From contig NC_068981.1 in NCBI RefSeq assembly GCF_001194135.2, forward strand, positions 45,788,909 to 45,824,396: a DNA stretch of 35,488 nt, read 5' to 3'. The stretch comes from Octopus bimaculoides. Lineage: Eukaryota. A program made the position numbers and the translations under genes. Shown here one piece after another: positions 11,498 to 24,131 of the stretch. Each line of letters starts with the position of its first letter. The stretch's first letter is position 1. Below the pieces are notes generated by a model. It ran no database searches. It saw nothing but the letters and a program-made list of their open reading frames with translations, and had not been told where the DNA came from.

Positions 11498-13739
11498 CTT
11501 TAAAAAAAAGTATATATATACTGTATATATATATATCTACGGATATAATGCTTACACGTCAACTCATGTATACATATTATTTTATTAGCTCAACTTTAAT
11601 ATGACGATCAGAGACTTTTCAGTCGTTTCTTTAGTGAGCATAACATTTTGATAAAATTAACTGTTCGTAAAATAGTTTATAAAATTGTCATTTATCACTG
11701 TAAAATTATGGCAAAAAGCAAGAGAAATAAGCTTGAATTTCGTTCGTTGCTCTTTAAAAGAAAAACGGCAAGACCAAATTAAATTATATGATATAATACA
11801 GACAACCCTTCCAATAAAATAAACTTTTCGAAACAAGTAAAAGAAGTGATAAGTACAATAATTGAGAATATCGAGCAATTTGAGATTACAATTTCACTTC
11901 TCATTTTAATTTTTATTACTTCTGTCATCATATCTTCTTTTACCTTTGTCCATATATATATGTACATGTATATATACTTTCTTTTCTTCGTGTTATTTAT
12001 TATGGGTTTAACTAATTCATTGCTGTTGTTTTCAGCGCACCGGTAACAGGAAAGAAAGAAATTATCATCATTACAAGTAGTATGCGCTAGTGAATTGCCA
12101 TAATTCTAAAAAAACAGAAACGGTCATTTTTGAATACATTTTTTAATAACCATTGGGTTTGTAAGATTTATGCTTAGGGAAGATATACAAGGCTTAAAAC
12201 TGCCTCAATAAAAACATGAAAATGCAAGTAACAATTGTGTACATCATCATTTATCATAAACTTCTATATTAGTAGGAAAATATCGTATGAAGAGAATAAC
12301 AATAAAAAAAAGCATTGAAAATTAGCGCGTCAGAATCAACCGTCTGAATTCGATTTAAATTTAAAATATATCTACTTAACTATAAGTAATAGTTTCTATC
12401 CCACAAGCTATTACATAGGTTTTCTTGTCAACATAAATCATCATTTCCTGTAACAAACATTTAAAATCGTTTTGGCTTTTTTTATAATTTTCGCCTCTCA
12501 TACCTTGTCAGCGATTAATTCATTCATAATCGCATGCGCACGCTCACGCACATATATATATATACATCTACGTAGATATGTATGTATATTTGTATGCATA
12601 TGTGCCTGTATATATATATATATATATATATATATNNNNNNNNNNNNNNNNNNNNNNNNNNNNNNNNNNNNNNNNNNNNNNNNNNNNNNNNNNNNNNNNN
12701 NNNNNNNNNNNNNNNNNNNNNNNNNNNNNNNNNNNNNNNNNNNNNNNNNNNNNNNNNNNNNNNNNNNNNNNNNNNNNNNNNNNNNNNNNNNNNNNNNNNN
12801 NNNNNNNNNNNNNNNNNNNNNNNNNNNNNNNNNNNNNNNNNNNNNNNNNNNNNNNNNNNNNNNNNNNNNNNNNNNNNNNNNNNNNNNNNNNNNNNNNNNN
12901 NNNNNNNNNNNNNNNNNNNNNNNNNNNNNNNNNNNNNNNNNNNNNNNNNNNNNNNNNNNNNNNNNNNNNNNNNNNNNNNNNNNNNNNNNNNNNNNNNNNN
13001 NNNNNNNNNNNNNNNNNNNNNNNNNNNNNNNNNNNNNNNNNNNNNNNNNNNNNNNNNNNNNNNNNNNNNNNNNNNNNNNNNNNNNNNNNNNNNNNNNNNN
13101 NNNNNNNNNNNNNNNNNNNNNNNNNNNNNNNNNNNNNNNNNNNNNNNNNNNNNNNNNNNNNNNNNNNNNNNNNNNNNNNNNNNNNNNNNNNNNNNNNNNN
13201 NNNNNNNNNNNNNNNNNNNNNNNNNNNNNNNNNNNNNNNNNNNNNNNNNNNNNNNNNNNNNNNNNNNNNNNNNNNNNNNNNNNNNNNNNNNNNNNNNNNN
13301 NNNNNNNNNNNNNNNNNNNNNNNNNNNNNNNNNNNNNNNNNNNNNNNNNNNNNNNNNNNNNNNNNNNNNNNNNNNNNNNNNNNNNNNNNNNNNNNNNNNN
13401 NNNNNNNNNNNNNNNNNNNNNNNNNNNNNNNNNNNNNNNNNNNNNNNNNNNNNNNNNNNNNNNNNNNNNNNNNNNNNNNNNNNNNNNNNNNNNNNNNNNN
13501 NNNNNNTATATATATATATATATATATATGTACATACATACATACATGAATACATGTATGCAAGCTTACATACGTACATACATATATGCATATATAATAT
13601 TTGCGAATGCATTTAAAATTAGAGAATATTCGTCACTCGGAAGTCGGTGTGGTTTGCTACAATATACATTGCAAAGTGCAGTTGATTATGAGTTTCGATT
13701 ATGTTTCAATATTAGAAGCAGAATAACAGAATAACAGAA

Positions 13740-13850
13740 TAACGGTGATGTGGCATTTCGTCCGTCTTTAGGCTCGGGATCCAAATAACGCCGAGGACAA
13801 TTTTGCAATTTCATCTTTCGGCTTGCTGATATGCATAAATACCACCTGAT
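13740..13850 (+). mobile_element. Old, decayed copy of the SINE family seen at 32153
   Basis: gcatttcgtccgtcttta...cgccgaggacaattttgcaatttcatctttcgg resembles gtatttcgtctgccgcta...cgccgaggtcgactttgcctttcatcctttcgg. Confidence 0.6.
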
Positions 13851-14432
13851 CTCTTTCTAATACTTGAAACTAATTTTATAAATGAAAATGTGAAAACATT
13901 GATGGAAAGCAGCATTGAAAACTATAGAATATGTAAAGTCGTAGCTTTAATTTTTTCAATATTTCGGACAAATTTTCTTCATTAGTGCCTGTGCAATTAT
14001 GCGTGATGGCACAGTGCTGTCATTTTATTTTTCCAGATACACAACTGCGAACGCTGAGAAGCACAAACTCATCTTATTATAATAATCAATCTGATACGTT
14101 ATGTTTAATGCTGTATGAGGATTAAATTTATTAATTTAAGGGTTCTAACGTTACATATTCTGACTCTGAGATTTCCAGTTTTAAGTTTATATTGTGCGCG
14201 CGCTTGAGTGTATCATTCTCCCCTGTAAAAGACTTTCTCACCTTCCCGAGCGTCAATCTAATAAACGTGTGTGTTGTTTATATACCTGTCTTCGCTTTTC
14301 TTTTTCCACCTTGAGTCGAACAAATCGTCTAAATGAATGTATGTCCATATGCATATATGTATGTCTCCGGTCGTATGTATGTATTTTGCATGTTCATGTA
14401 TTTGTGTGTTTTTATATGTGTACGTGTGTTTG

Positions 14433-14482
<50 letters not shown>

Positions 14483-14500
14483 ACTCTGTCTCCTTGTGTG

Positions 14501-14580
14501 TGTATGTCTCAGTGTATCTGTGTATGTCTCAGTGTATCTGTGTATGTCTCAGTGTATCTGTGCATGCCTCAGTGTTTCTG
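14501..14580. repeat. 20-bp minisatellite, 4 copies, next to a (TG)n run
   Basis: tgtatgtctcagtgtatctg occurs three times exactly (14501-14560), followed by the variant tgcatgcctcagtgtttctg. Confidence 0.95.
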
Positions 14581-15584
14581 GTATTATGGGCCATTTCCTC
14601 AAAACCACAACTATCCGTTGTCCCTTGCGGTCGTAGTTGAATCCGAAGACATTTTTACAAAGGAATCCAAAAAGACACAAATTTGACACTAACGCACAAA
14701 CTCATGCTGCAATTTAAGCTGTTAAGCAACTCGCCATCCGTCACAATGAGAAGGAATTTCTTGTCAATTTTTGCTCTGAAGAGAGTTTTACATTTCAAAA
14801 GCATAAGGCAATCTGAATCATAAAATTTGAATGAAGGCAATAAATTGAAACGTACGTAGGCGATATGAAGACTATTATATAAATAAATTGATTTTAGTTT
14901 GTGTTCAAACTGTTCATTTTCCTTATATATTATTAATAATCTGTTATCCTATATAGAATGGATGTAAACATCTATATCGACTACTGGAACTTCATAAGTG
15001 TTAACACTAATATTAAAACAAAAGACGAAGAGTGGTGAGGAAAGAAAATCGAGGTCTAGTTCGACAATAGTGAAGAATGGAAATGCCTTTAATGATACGA
15101 GCATACGCTCTTCCACAAAAAAAATATATAGAGGAAAAATGGGGGAATGAACGAACAGCGGATAGAGAATAATGTGTATGTCTATATATGAATACACACC
15201 CACCCATATATATACTCATAGATAGATATGTGTATGCGTTTCTGTTTACGTATGTGTGTGTGTGTAAGCAGTTAAGTGCATAGATGCATTAGTGCATGCC
15301 ACTGTTGTAATATTACATGGGTAATATTATACTTCTATATTGAGACAGAAACTCCAGCGGAATTGAAATTCCCTTAGAATTTTAGGATCATTAGCATCCA
15401 CATATTTAAACATAGATCTATTGTCGTTCTGTATCATATTGATTTACTAAACATTTCTGAGGAAATAATGTTGTAATGGATTCATTTTCTCATGGTGAAA
15501 TAGCAACAGTAACCAACTACGTTGCTGCATTAATCGAAATCGTCAAGTATATTGTAGGTGGTAAATCTATTCTATGTTACCAGG

Positions 15585-16050
15585 GATTTGAGATGAAATA
15601 CTGACAGCGCATATGTGACGTAAGAGGCGAATAAAAGGGGTGGGAGCAAAGGGACTGGAAATTCACTCCTCCTAGTAATTTCATATTCCTAAAAATATAT
15701 TCTTCTTGTCTTTTTAGCAGTATGAAATTACTAAGAGGAGTGGTTTTCAAGTGACTTCGCTCCCGCACCTTTTAGTTGTCTTTTACGTCAAACAGGAAAT
15801 GCAGTGACTGAGGATGTGGAGGATGGATGAGCGGAATGTAAGGAGGGTGATGAATGCAGAAGTGGTAGGCAGCAGAACTGAAGGTAGACCTCGGTTTGTG
15901 TGGATGGCTGGACGGGGTGAGGAACGCTTTGGTGTTTACATATGTTGGAGTGATAGAGGCAAGATAGTTTATAAATGTTAGGAATGTTAAGCGAGTACTT
16001 GGGGACAGATGAGTGAATGTGATGTTGCTCAAAGGGGTACCAAACTGGCA
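15585..16050 (+). mobile_element. RTE-clade LINE 3'-end remnant
   Basis: FEMKY*QRICDVR at 15587 (cf. FEMKCLRRICGV) and MDERNVRRVMNAEVVGSRTEGRPRFVWM at 15823, then by frameshift DGVRNAL. This matches the RTE C-terminal GRPRxxWxDxV motif. Confidence 0.75.
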
Positions 16051-17271
16051 TGATGCGATGGTAGTTGACCAGTATATTTGTCTGACCCCGCTGCTGATAT
16101 TTGGAGTTGCGATCTATGCCTTGAACCGAGCATAGAACAGGGATCGACTCTTCGAGCTTCGGAATAAATGGACTACCTGGTGTAAGTCTCGTTGTGGTTA
16201 CCCACTCGTAAAATGATTGCGAATAGGCCTGATTATAAATATATATATATATGATGTCCATGTGTGTTTGCGTATGTGTGTTTGTTTGCTGTGAAATTTT
16301 CAATGAAACTTTCATTGTTAAGGCCTGAACAAAAAATCCATTATTGTAATGTATAAAAATTGAAAAATCAAATCTCCTCCATGAGATCTTTTGTAAATAT
16401 ATTATATATGTTGCTTCTAATTCCAAACTTAGTTACTATGAATTTATCATATTCACAATGTCAGAAACCATTGGATGATCATCGGTGTATATATTCAAAA
16501 TGTATCATTTTACCAATTGTGTATCAAGGGTGTAGATCACAACCATCTATAACCTGGAAAAATTAATCTGCCTCATATCTGAATAAATCCACTGACGATC
16601 CATTGATGATTGCAATATATGACATCTAATTTCATTCATGATTATATCTTGCTTAATATTGATTTTCGCAGTGTCGTTATTAGTGATCACTGCAATATGT
16701 ATCACCTTGAAACTGGAATTATTGATGGTAAGTATGCGGATATGTTCTTCAGAATAATTGATGTAGCATTAAGTTCATAGTGTGTAATACAGTTTATATT
16801 GCGTTATATTTTGATGGTACAGATGTTTAGCAACAAAGTCGGTGATTAGTTTTCAAAGAGTAGAAGTAAAGATTTAGAAAAAAATACATGCTTTTGAATG
16901 TTGAAGTTTATTTACCTCTGAGAAACAACAGCTACAGTTTTAAGAGTATGTGCACAGGCAGCCGCATACACACTCAATCACACTCACACACACACACAAA
17001 CAAAGACACACACACATACACTGATAATGAAGTTTTGTAATAACTTTAGAGTTACTGGGAAATGGATATTTGCCAGGTGAATGATTTAGATGTGGCATAA
17101 ACTGTATTCAACGTACTCTAGTCTATAACAGATTCGAGTTCAATGATTTTTTTGTTCAACAACAAATCTTTTTCTTTTTTTTTTTTTGGAATATTCTTAT
17201 TGGTAACTTGCGTGTTAAGACGTTTTGTGATGTTTCATGTGGGTGGTGTGATTCCGATGATAATAAACATA

Positions 17272-17536
17272 CGCACCGGTTCAATTTTACTTGTTTATTA
17301 TTGATTATATAATTGGTTAACTGACCAACTAACCGATCCCAATAAAATAATGAATGAGTTACTTATCAATGTTCTTTCGTCAACTTCATCAATGACACGT
17401 CGTCTCTCCGGTAAATCTGCTTAGAAACGATGAAAGGGCATTGGCAGAAAACTAATTGATTGTTAAACCGAACGATGAAGCAAGCTATCGATATGTTGGT
17501 TGTTTAAGAATGAACAAGTGAAAGTGAACCAGTGTG
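17272..17536. mobile_element. Candidate MITE with imperfect terminal inverted repeats
   Basis: Left end cgcaccggttcaattttacttgtttatt versus reverse complement of the right end cacactggttcactttcacttgttcatt: 23 of 28 identical by eye. No internal coding capacity. Confidence 0.55.
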
Positions 17537-18689
17537 TGTTTATTGTTTGCTTAATGACCATCCAAATTGAAAAAAAAAACATTTCCAGTATATAAAATGT
17601 ATACTAAAAAGATGTGTCAAAATTTCCTGAGACACATGGCTGCTATTTCCAAGGTACAGCGACCATTTAAAGGCAGCATATTCTGGCACATTAGCATGCA
17701 CGAGTTGTATACGCCAATTCATAATTTACTACTTATTTGTAATTCATATTTTATTCTGTAACATTCCTATTATAGAATAAAACAAGTTTTTATCTAACAT
17801 ACTAAGACGGTTGATTTGACGCTCTGCTTTTAATTTTGCATTGGTGCCTTACATTTTTTTTCTTTTTTCTTGTGTGTGAAAAATAAGTCATCTCAACTCA
17901 TCTACTTTTTATTACTATATAATACCTGAATAGATTTCGCGAAACAAATGAAAGAAAATTTTCTGTAGACATCAATATTAATTTTTTAAAGTATTCCCTG
18001 AGGTCGATTTTCCATCACAACCATATTTGTTTGTGATTCTGTCTATTGATGTGCTAAATCAATATGCAGAAATTTGTTATTGACATGTGCTTTCTAATTG
18101 ATAAGTATTTCAGAGTCTAAACTTCATATTATTCCAATAATAGTTTATATAGTATACTCTTGTTCAAACATTACGTGGTACTGTATTTTCTTTACATTTT
18201 CTACAGTTAAATACTTCCAGTTGCATTTGAAACTGCTTTGGGTTTTATTTCGTTTGGTTATTGACAACGTTTTCAAATAAAGTCAAGTTTTTTTACATTC
18301 GATTTTATTTGGGATTTGATAAGTATTTTTGGTCAGATATTATTTTGATTGTTCATTTCTCTTAAAACGATTGCCTTAAGCCTATATATAGCATCGATAT
18401 TACATAAGTGTTACTGTCAGCATTATCGGGAAGCGACGTCACTAGCAAATCTACGGAATCACAAACGACTAGAAGCGTGATTTTGTAGAAACTTTTAATA
18501 TACAACCAGATATGTTCATTGTATGTTATTTGATGCATTCGGAACTGTGTGTAAATAAGAAATGCTGTGTGGGTAAGGAGATTGGCTTCTATAATTATCT
18601 TGATACTGAAGAGAATATTGGGAAAATTATTCGTAGCACTGACTCGAGTTGCGTCACATCATGCCAAACAAGAAATCAGCAGGGCATGT

Positions 18690-18751
18690 ATATATGTATG
18701 CATGCGTGCATGTACGGTTGTGTATGTGCACACACACGCGCGCGCACACAA

Positions 18752-18784
<33 letters not shown>

Positions 18785-19290
18785 CGTATATATATATATA
18801 TATATACTGAGAAAGATGGAGTAAGAATTTAAGGATTGCAGAATACTAGTCAAATGCCACGGTCAACACTCTATGTTAAGGTCGAATATCAAGTGAGAAA
18901 TATAGGAATCCATTATATAGCGTAAAAAGACTTGGTTAACCATACAAACTATAAATCCCAGATTCTTCACCTTTTTGATTTTACACTAAGTGAAATGCAG
19001 AGTTTAAATGAAATCAACTAAAATAAAAAGAAAGATTATATTTTATAAAAACCTTAACTTTATTTGTACCCGCTCGAATCACGTGTTTGTGTGTGTGTGT
19101 TTGTTCGTGTGTGCGTGTGTATGTGTGCGTGTGTCTACATGTAATGTTTAGAATTATGTACATGTATGTGTAAATGTATAGATATAAATGTGTCTATGTG
19201 CATGCGTGTGCGCATGTATCTGTGTGCGTATGTGTTGTGTATACGTGTGTGTGTTTGTGAGCGTGTGTGCGCGCGCCGTTGTGTGTGTAT
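18690..19290. repeat. Two clusters of (CA)n/(TG)n/(TA)n microsatellites (about 18690-18806 and 19080-19290)
   Basis: Directly visible. Confidence 0.85.
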
Positions 19291-21574
19291 ATTAGGACAT
19301 TATAGCCAAACTGGATAATTACTGAAGAATTATGTACTATTTATAAATTTTAAAATATAACTGAAATGAAAAAGTGTATAAAAGGAAAAAAAAAACGCAA
19401 CGTGTTATATTATATTTCAAGTTTCAGATCTCTTTGTAAACAGAAGTGATGACTGGTGTATCGCGGGTATCTTCTACTCAAAGTTGAAGGGCGAAAATGA
19501 CATGTAGAAACTAATGTGGTTATAGTAAGTAGGGAAACTCGGTTATCTCTTATCTACTGTTAAATAATGAGTTCAATGTATAATGAGGATGTGCTATTGA
19601 AGCCTATGATTCTATTAACATTCTAACAAATCGAGGTTTGAATGTGAAGTATTGAATGTAACATTTCTTCAGATATTTCGTGATGCCTCTGATTGTTTAC
19701 AAGTATTCCTCTATGTGAGTGTATAATGTACAGATAATGCTTCTGTTGTAGGAGCTTTCATATACATTGTAGGATATATGATGGCTTAGATAGGACGTGT
19801 AGTATATCTCTAAATTGTCGATTATTTAGTTTGAGTATGTACACAATTCAGAGATTTTCTGGGATGATTTTCAGAACAGAAATTTCTCAGTGAAAGACCG
19901 GATAGAATTATCTGAATGGTCAGTCCACCTCTACGGATCCCTCGCTAACGTGTTTCAGGGCTTTTATCAAAGAGATCAAACAAAATTTTAAAAAATATCA
20001 GTAGGTAACTTTTGAAGAGGCCGCATGAGCCTTAGATGTAAAGATTCATGTTGAGGTTTCGCGAAAGGCATACGTTAGGTTTTGTCGAAGAGAAACATAT
20101 GGAGTTCATGGTTGCTGAAAGCCATTTCTTCTGTCTTGCTGAGCCTGTTGAGTACATGGGAAATTTCACGTTTATATGCTCACATTTCTATCCCCATTGT
20201 CAACTTCATAATCACTTGCAAATTCTCCGCTCCTTCCCGTAGTCGGCTTTGTGCTTTGTTTTCTAACCCCACTTCATTATTACAGAACAACATTCACTAA
20301 AAAGTGTCCCTCTCCGTAAACAATATCGTCTTGATTGATGAAAATTTCAGAAACAGATCTCAACTCTTCTTCATGCGAACCATCTTGCCAAGCATACAGC
20401 TATGACATATATTGACGATATGTTGCGCACCGTACTTACTATTTATAGAACTTGCACATTTTCCACCAACTACGTGGAAGATATCGACATGCTTACACCC
20501 TCATGAAACGACGAAGTTGATATTTTTTAAGACTTCTAAGTCTTTGAAGTGTATTTTATTTATTTCAGAAGTGAAACAGAAATGTGGCAACAAGTTTCTC
20601 CGTCTCTCTATTCCTCTCCCTCTCTCGCCTCTGAATTTCAGTGTAAAGTTTAGATACGAAGATCCATGTATAGGTTATTTATAACTACACATCGAAATAA
20701 GTCCCACATCTTCTACTAGGAGTCCACGCATCTCGCCTATGTGAAGGGGTTTTACGTACAATACGAAATTTCTTGGAAACGCAATAGGCCGAGTGAAGCA
20801 GTATATATATAGCTGTTAAAAACAAGCGATTCCAAAATGTTTTATTAGATAATGGCAACCGAACATCAGTAATCAATTCTACTACACATAAAACGTGTTA
20901 AGAGAGCATATTTTAATTGAGAACGGCGTTCTGCTAAAGGAAAATGTTTCTTCTTGAGACATTTGCGAATATAATTATATCATATATTACGTAATATAAA
21001 GTGATTCTTTGCAGGGTTTATAATTTGAATTTACCGATCTTCGTTGGATAAGTATTTAATAATAATGCAAGCACATCACATACTTTTAGCTTTGGTGATA
21101 CTTTTCGTTTAAATGCTTCACACTTCTCAGTAATTAATATTTCAAACACTTTTATCAAATAATCAAAAACATATTCAATATTATTCCAAATACAATATTT
21201 CACATAGTCGTAGCTAGGAGATAAAATAAATGGATTAAATGCTGACAACATTCTAATAATTTTCTATTAATTTTCTATTGAATACAGGAGGTGTAAATTA
21301 ACAAATGGGAAATACTCTCCCATAGTCTTAGGATGAATATTATTTCAAATTTGTCTTTTTTTTTAAATTTGTCCATTAATGCACTTTATTCTTGATGTAA
21401 ATTATTCCAAGGGCGCATGAATAGACTGCTGACATTATTAACGTTAAGTATGTTAATATCTTAATTGATGTTTTCCATTAAATGCTACACATAGACGTTT
21501 AGCCTTTCTCTATTTAGAAAATATTCCTCATATACTTTATGACACATATTTTTAATCAAATGCTATTTATTAAC

Positions 21575-21576
21575 TT

Positions 21577-21612
<36 letters not shown>

Positions 21613-21847
21613 CTATTAACGTAAGTATAAAGATACCCATTATTGCTACTACAGAAGAATGCAAAGTGAAATTTATGAAACATTCGTTGGGCAGTACTGT
21701 ATACACACATATATGTATATACATATACATACATATATACATATGCATACACATATATATATATATGTATATATATATATAGAGAGAGATAGATAGATAG
21801 ATAGATAGATAGATACATATATAAGTATGTATACACANNNNNNNNNN

Positions 21848-21933
<86 letters not shown>

Positions 21934-22000
21934 AACATACACGTCTCTCTATTTCTCTCACTCTCTATTTCTCTCTACACGCACACACAAATACACATCC
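21575..22000. repeat. Compound microsatellite block: (TA)n, (TACA)n, (GATA)n, (CA)n, (CT)n
   Basis: Directly visible. Confidence 0.9.
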
Positions 22001-22714
22001 CATGTATTAATACAATATATATGTAGGCTTATATACACAAAAAGAAAGTAAAAATGAGTGTGGGACGGGAAGATAGAGAGAAAGGAAAACATTCGGGATA
22101 GTTCATTTATATACTAATTAGTCGCAGCATTTTATACGGGTTTCATTAGCCTTGAATAAATACCTGTTATATAAACATGGCCTAATTACACGATATCATG
22201 GCAAAATGTCCAACTCTTCTGTAACTTCCGTGGGCAATCGTTTCTATTTACACCGGATTGTCAAAGGCGTTCTTGTATACACAATTTCGATAAGACAATC
22301 TATAGGGTTCATCATTCATCAGTTGAGATAAGTTTTTCAAGGGCAAATTTTGAGGTAATAGGATTTCATTGGTTTTAGATACTTAGTTAAATGCCTGAGG
22401 AGAGACTTCTTATTATGTGTCTCTGCTCCAAATAATATTCAAGAGAAACTATTCCAGGATTTAGTAAGTCATGTATTTTAGTATTTATTGAAAGTTCACA
22501 TGGTTGTTTTCCTATCATAATTTTAAAAATATAAAGTGCATATTCATAGTTTAGTTTGTATTCAAGTATTCTATAATGAGAAATTGTGGTAATTCTGAAG
22601 TGAAATATAAAATCGAAGATGTTATGAAATCGAAGTAGACTGAATTATAATGATATAATTTGATGCATTGAGAGTTCAATTATTTCTTCTTTCCTTTCTC
22701 ATGTGTCTGCCAGT

Positions 22715-22717
22715 GAG

Positions 22718-22758
<41 letters not shown>

Positions 22759-22806
22759 AGGAAAGAGAGAAGAGAGAAAGTTAAAGGGAGAAGAGAGAGA
22801 GAGAGA
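22715..22806. repeat. (GA)n microsatellite
   Basis: Directly visible. Confidence 0.95.
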
Positions 22807-22926
22807 ACCATCTAAAAATTTCGCAGTTTTAAATGTTACAAAATTCACGTGAAAATAAAATTGATATTTTTACAAATACGAAATGGGAAGCATAGTTATG
22901 CTAATACATTAAATATAAATATCTTA

Positions 22927-24131
22927 TTGGGAAGAAACTAATTGCGTTTTTCGCAAATATATAGGTACGATTTTTTTTATGACGTTTGTCAATATTATGA
23001 TTTTTGCCTTTTGACTTTTGCTGGCCGTTACTTTTAGCTTTGTTTAGAAGCAAACTGTGCTTAATTTTGTTTACAGCACTTAGTTGAGTGTCAATTATAA
23101 CATGGAGTGCAAAAACGAACATTTTCGCTTTATTTTGCCTTTTTCGTTTCCGTAATGGCAAGAAAGCTGCTGAGGCTCACAAAGAGATATGTGAAGTTTA
23201 TCGTATTGATTGCTTAACAGAATGCATATGTCAGAAATGGTTTAAAAAATTCCGTTCTGGAGATTTTTCAATCAAAGATGACCAACGTTATGGTCGACAT
23301 ACTGAAGTTTATGATGACCTAATTAAAGCTATAATTGAAGCTTACTGATATATAACTGTGCGAGATATTGCGGAAAGGTTAGATGCATCACGCACAAAAA
23401 TTGAAAATCACTTAAAATATCTTGGACTCGTTACAAAACTTGATATTTGGCTTCCACATAGATTGAAAGGGATTCACTTAACACAACGAATCAATATTAG
23501 TGATATGCATCTCAAACGCAATGAAATCGCTCTTTACTTTAAACGCATCATCATTTGTGAAGAAAAATGGATTGTCTACAATAACGTCAATCGAAAAGGA
23601 TCATGATCCAGCACAAACCATAACGAAAGATGAAATGAATAAAAAAAGTTTATGCTGTCAATTTGGTGGGATTACAAGGCTGTTGTGTATTTTCAGCTAC
23701 TTCGAAAGAACCAAACAATCAATTCAAATGCTTACGGTCAACAAGTAATGAAACTGGAGGAATCAACCAAAGAAAAACGGCCAGAATTAGCAAATCGTAA
23801 AGGAATCGTGTTCTGCCATGACAACGCTAGACACACACGTATATCATAACTAGTGAAAATTTATTGGTGCTTGATTGGGACGTGATGTCACATCCAGCAT
23901 ATAGCCCTCAACTTACACCATTAGATTACTATTTATTTCTCACTTTGCAAAATTCTCTCAGTGGTAAAATGCTGAATAATGATTATGACCTGAGATCGTA
24001 CTTGCTTCAGTTTTTGGCTGATAAGGACCAGAAGTCCTATGGGCGCGAAATCATGACGTTGTCATTTTGTGTATGAAAAACAACTGACTTCTTCACGCAA
24101 ACATACCGAAATTACTTTCTTGCCAACGCAA
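22927..24131 (+). mobile_element. Mariner DNA transposon fossil (about 1.2 kb) with both TIRs and flanking TA
   Basis: Left end TA-ttgggaagaaactaattgcg (22925-22946). The right end, reverse-complemented, is TA-ttgcgttggcaagaaagtaatttcggt (24133-24105). The two align if about 5 bp are deleted from the left TIR, and they enclose a transposase pseudogene. Confidence 0.85.
23102..24076 (+). pseudogene. Mariner transposase pseudogene (DD-D type) broken by frameshifts and stops
   Basis: The original ATG at 23102 gives MECKNEHFRFIL. Then come FRNGKKAAEAHKEICEVY, WFKKFRSGDFSIKD, WLPHRL (cf. WVPHEL), RIIICEEKWIVYNN (cf. RIITGDEKW), MLSIWWD, HDNAR and HPAYSPQLTPLDYYLF (cf. HPPYSPDLAPSDYHLF), spread over four ORF fragments. 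The C-terminal tail is missing. Confidence 0.95.

Noticed and set aside
11700-11830. NKLEFRSLLFKRKTAR, resembling a mariner/Tc1 N-terminus
   Set aside because: The similarity is too short and weak, and no TIR or downstream transposase motifs were found.
12472-13734. Long ORFs of 320-420 aa, and similar ones over the gaps at 2419, 3785, 26366, 28586 and 32424
   Set aside because: They consist of X residues from N-gaps plus microsatellite translation; N runs contain no stop codons.
14501-14580. Regular 20-bp repeats, considered as a CRISPR-like array
   Set aside because: They are contiguous tandem units with no spacers, in eukaryotic DNA with no cas genes.
15788-16426. 212-aa minus-strand ORF, the longest gap-free ORF
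   Set aside because: It lies largely antisense to the RTE LINE remnant and a TA/TG tract, and shows no recognisable domain.
19800-21260. Several 60-90-aa ORFs on both strands in non-repetitive DNA
   Set aside because: No recognisable motif or consistent splice structure. It may be an old TE relic, but I cannot support a call.
22270-22325. Minus-strand CTGATGA...GAAA hammerhead-like words; similar partial words near 17380 and 18607
   Set aside because: Stems I-III cannot be formed around the core words.
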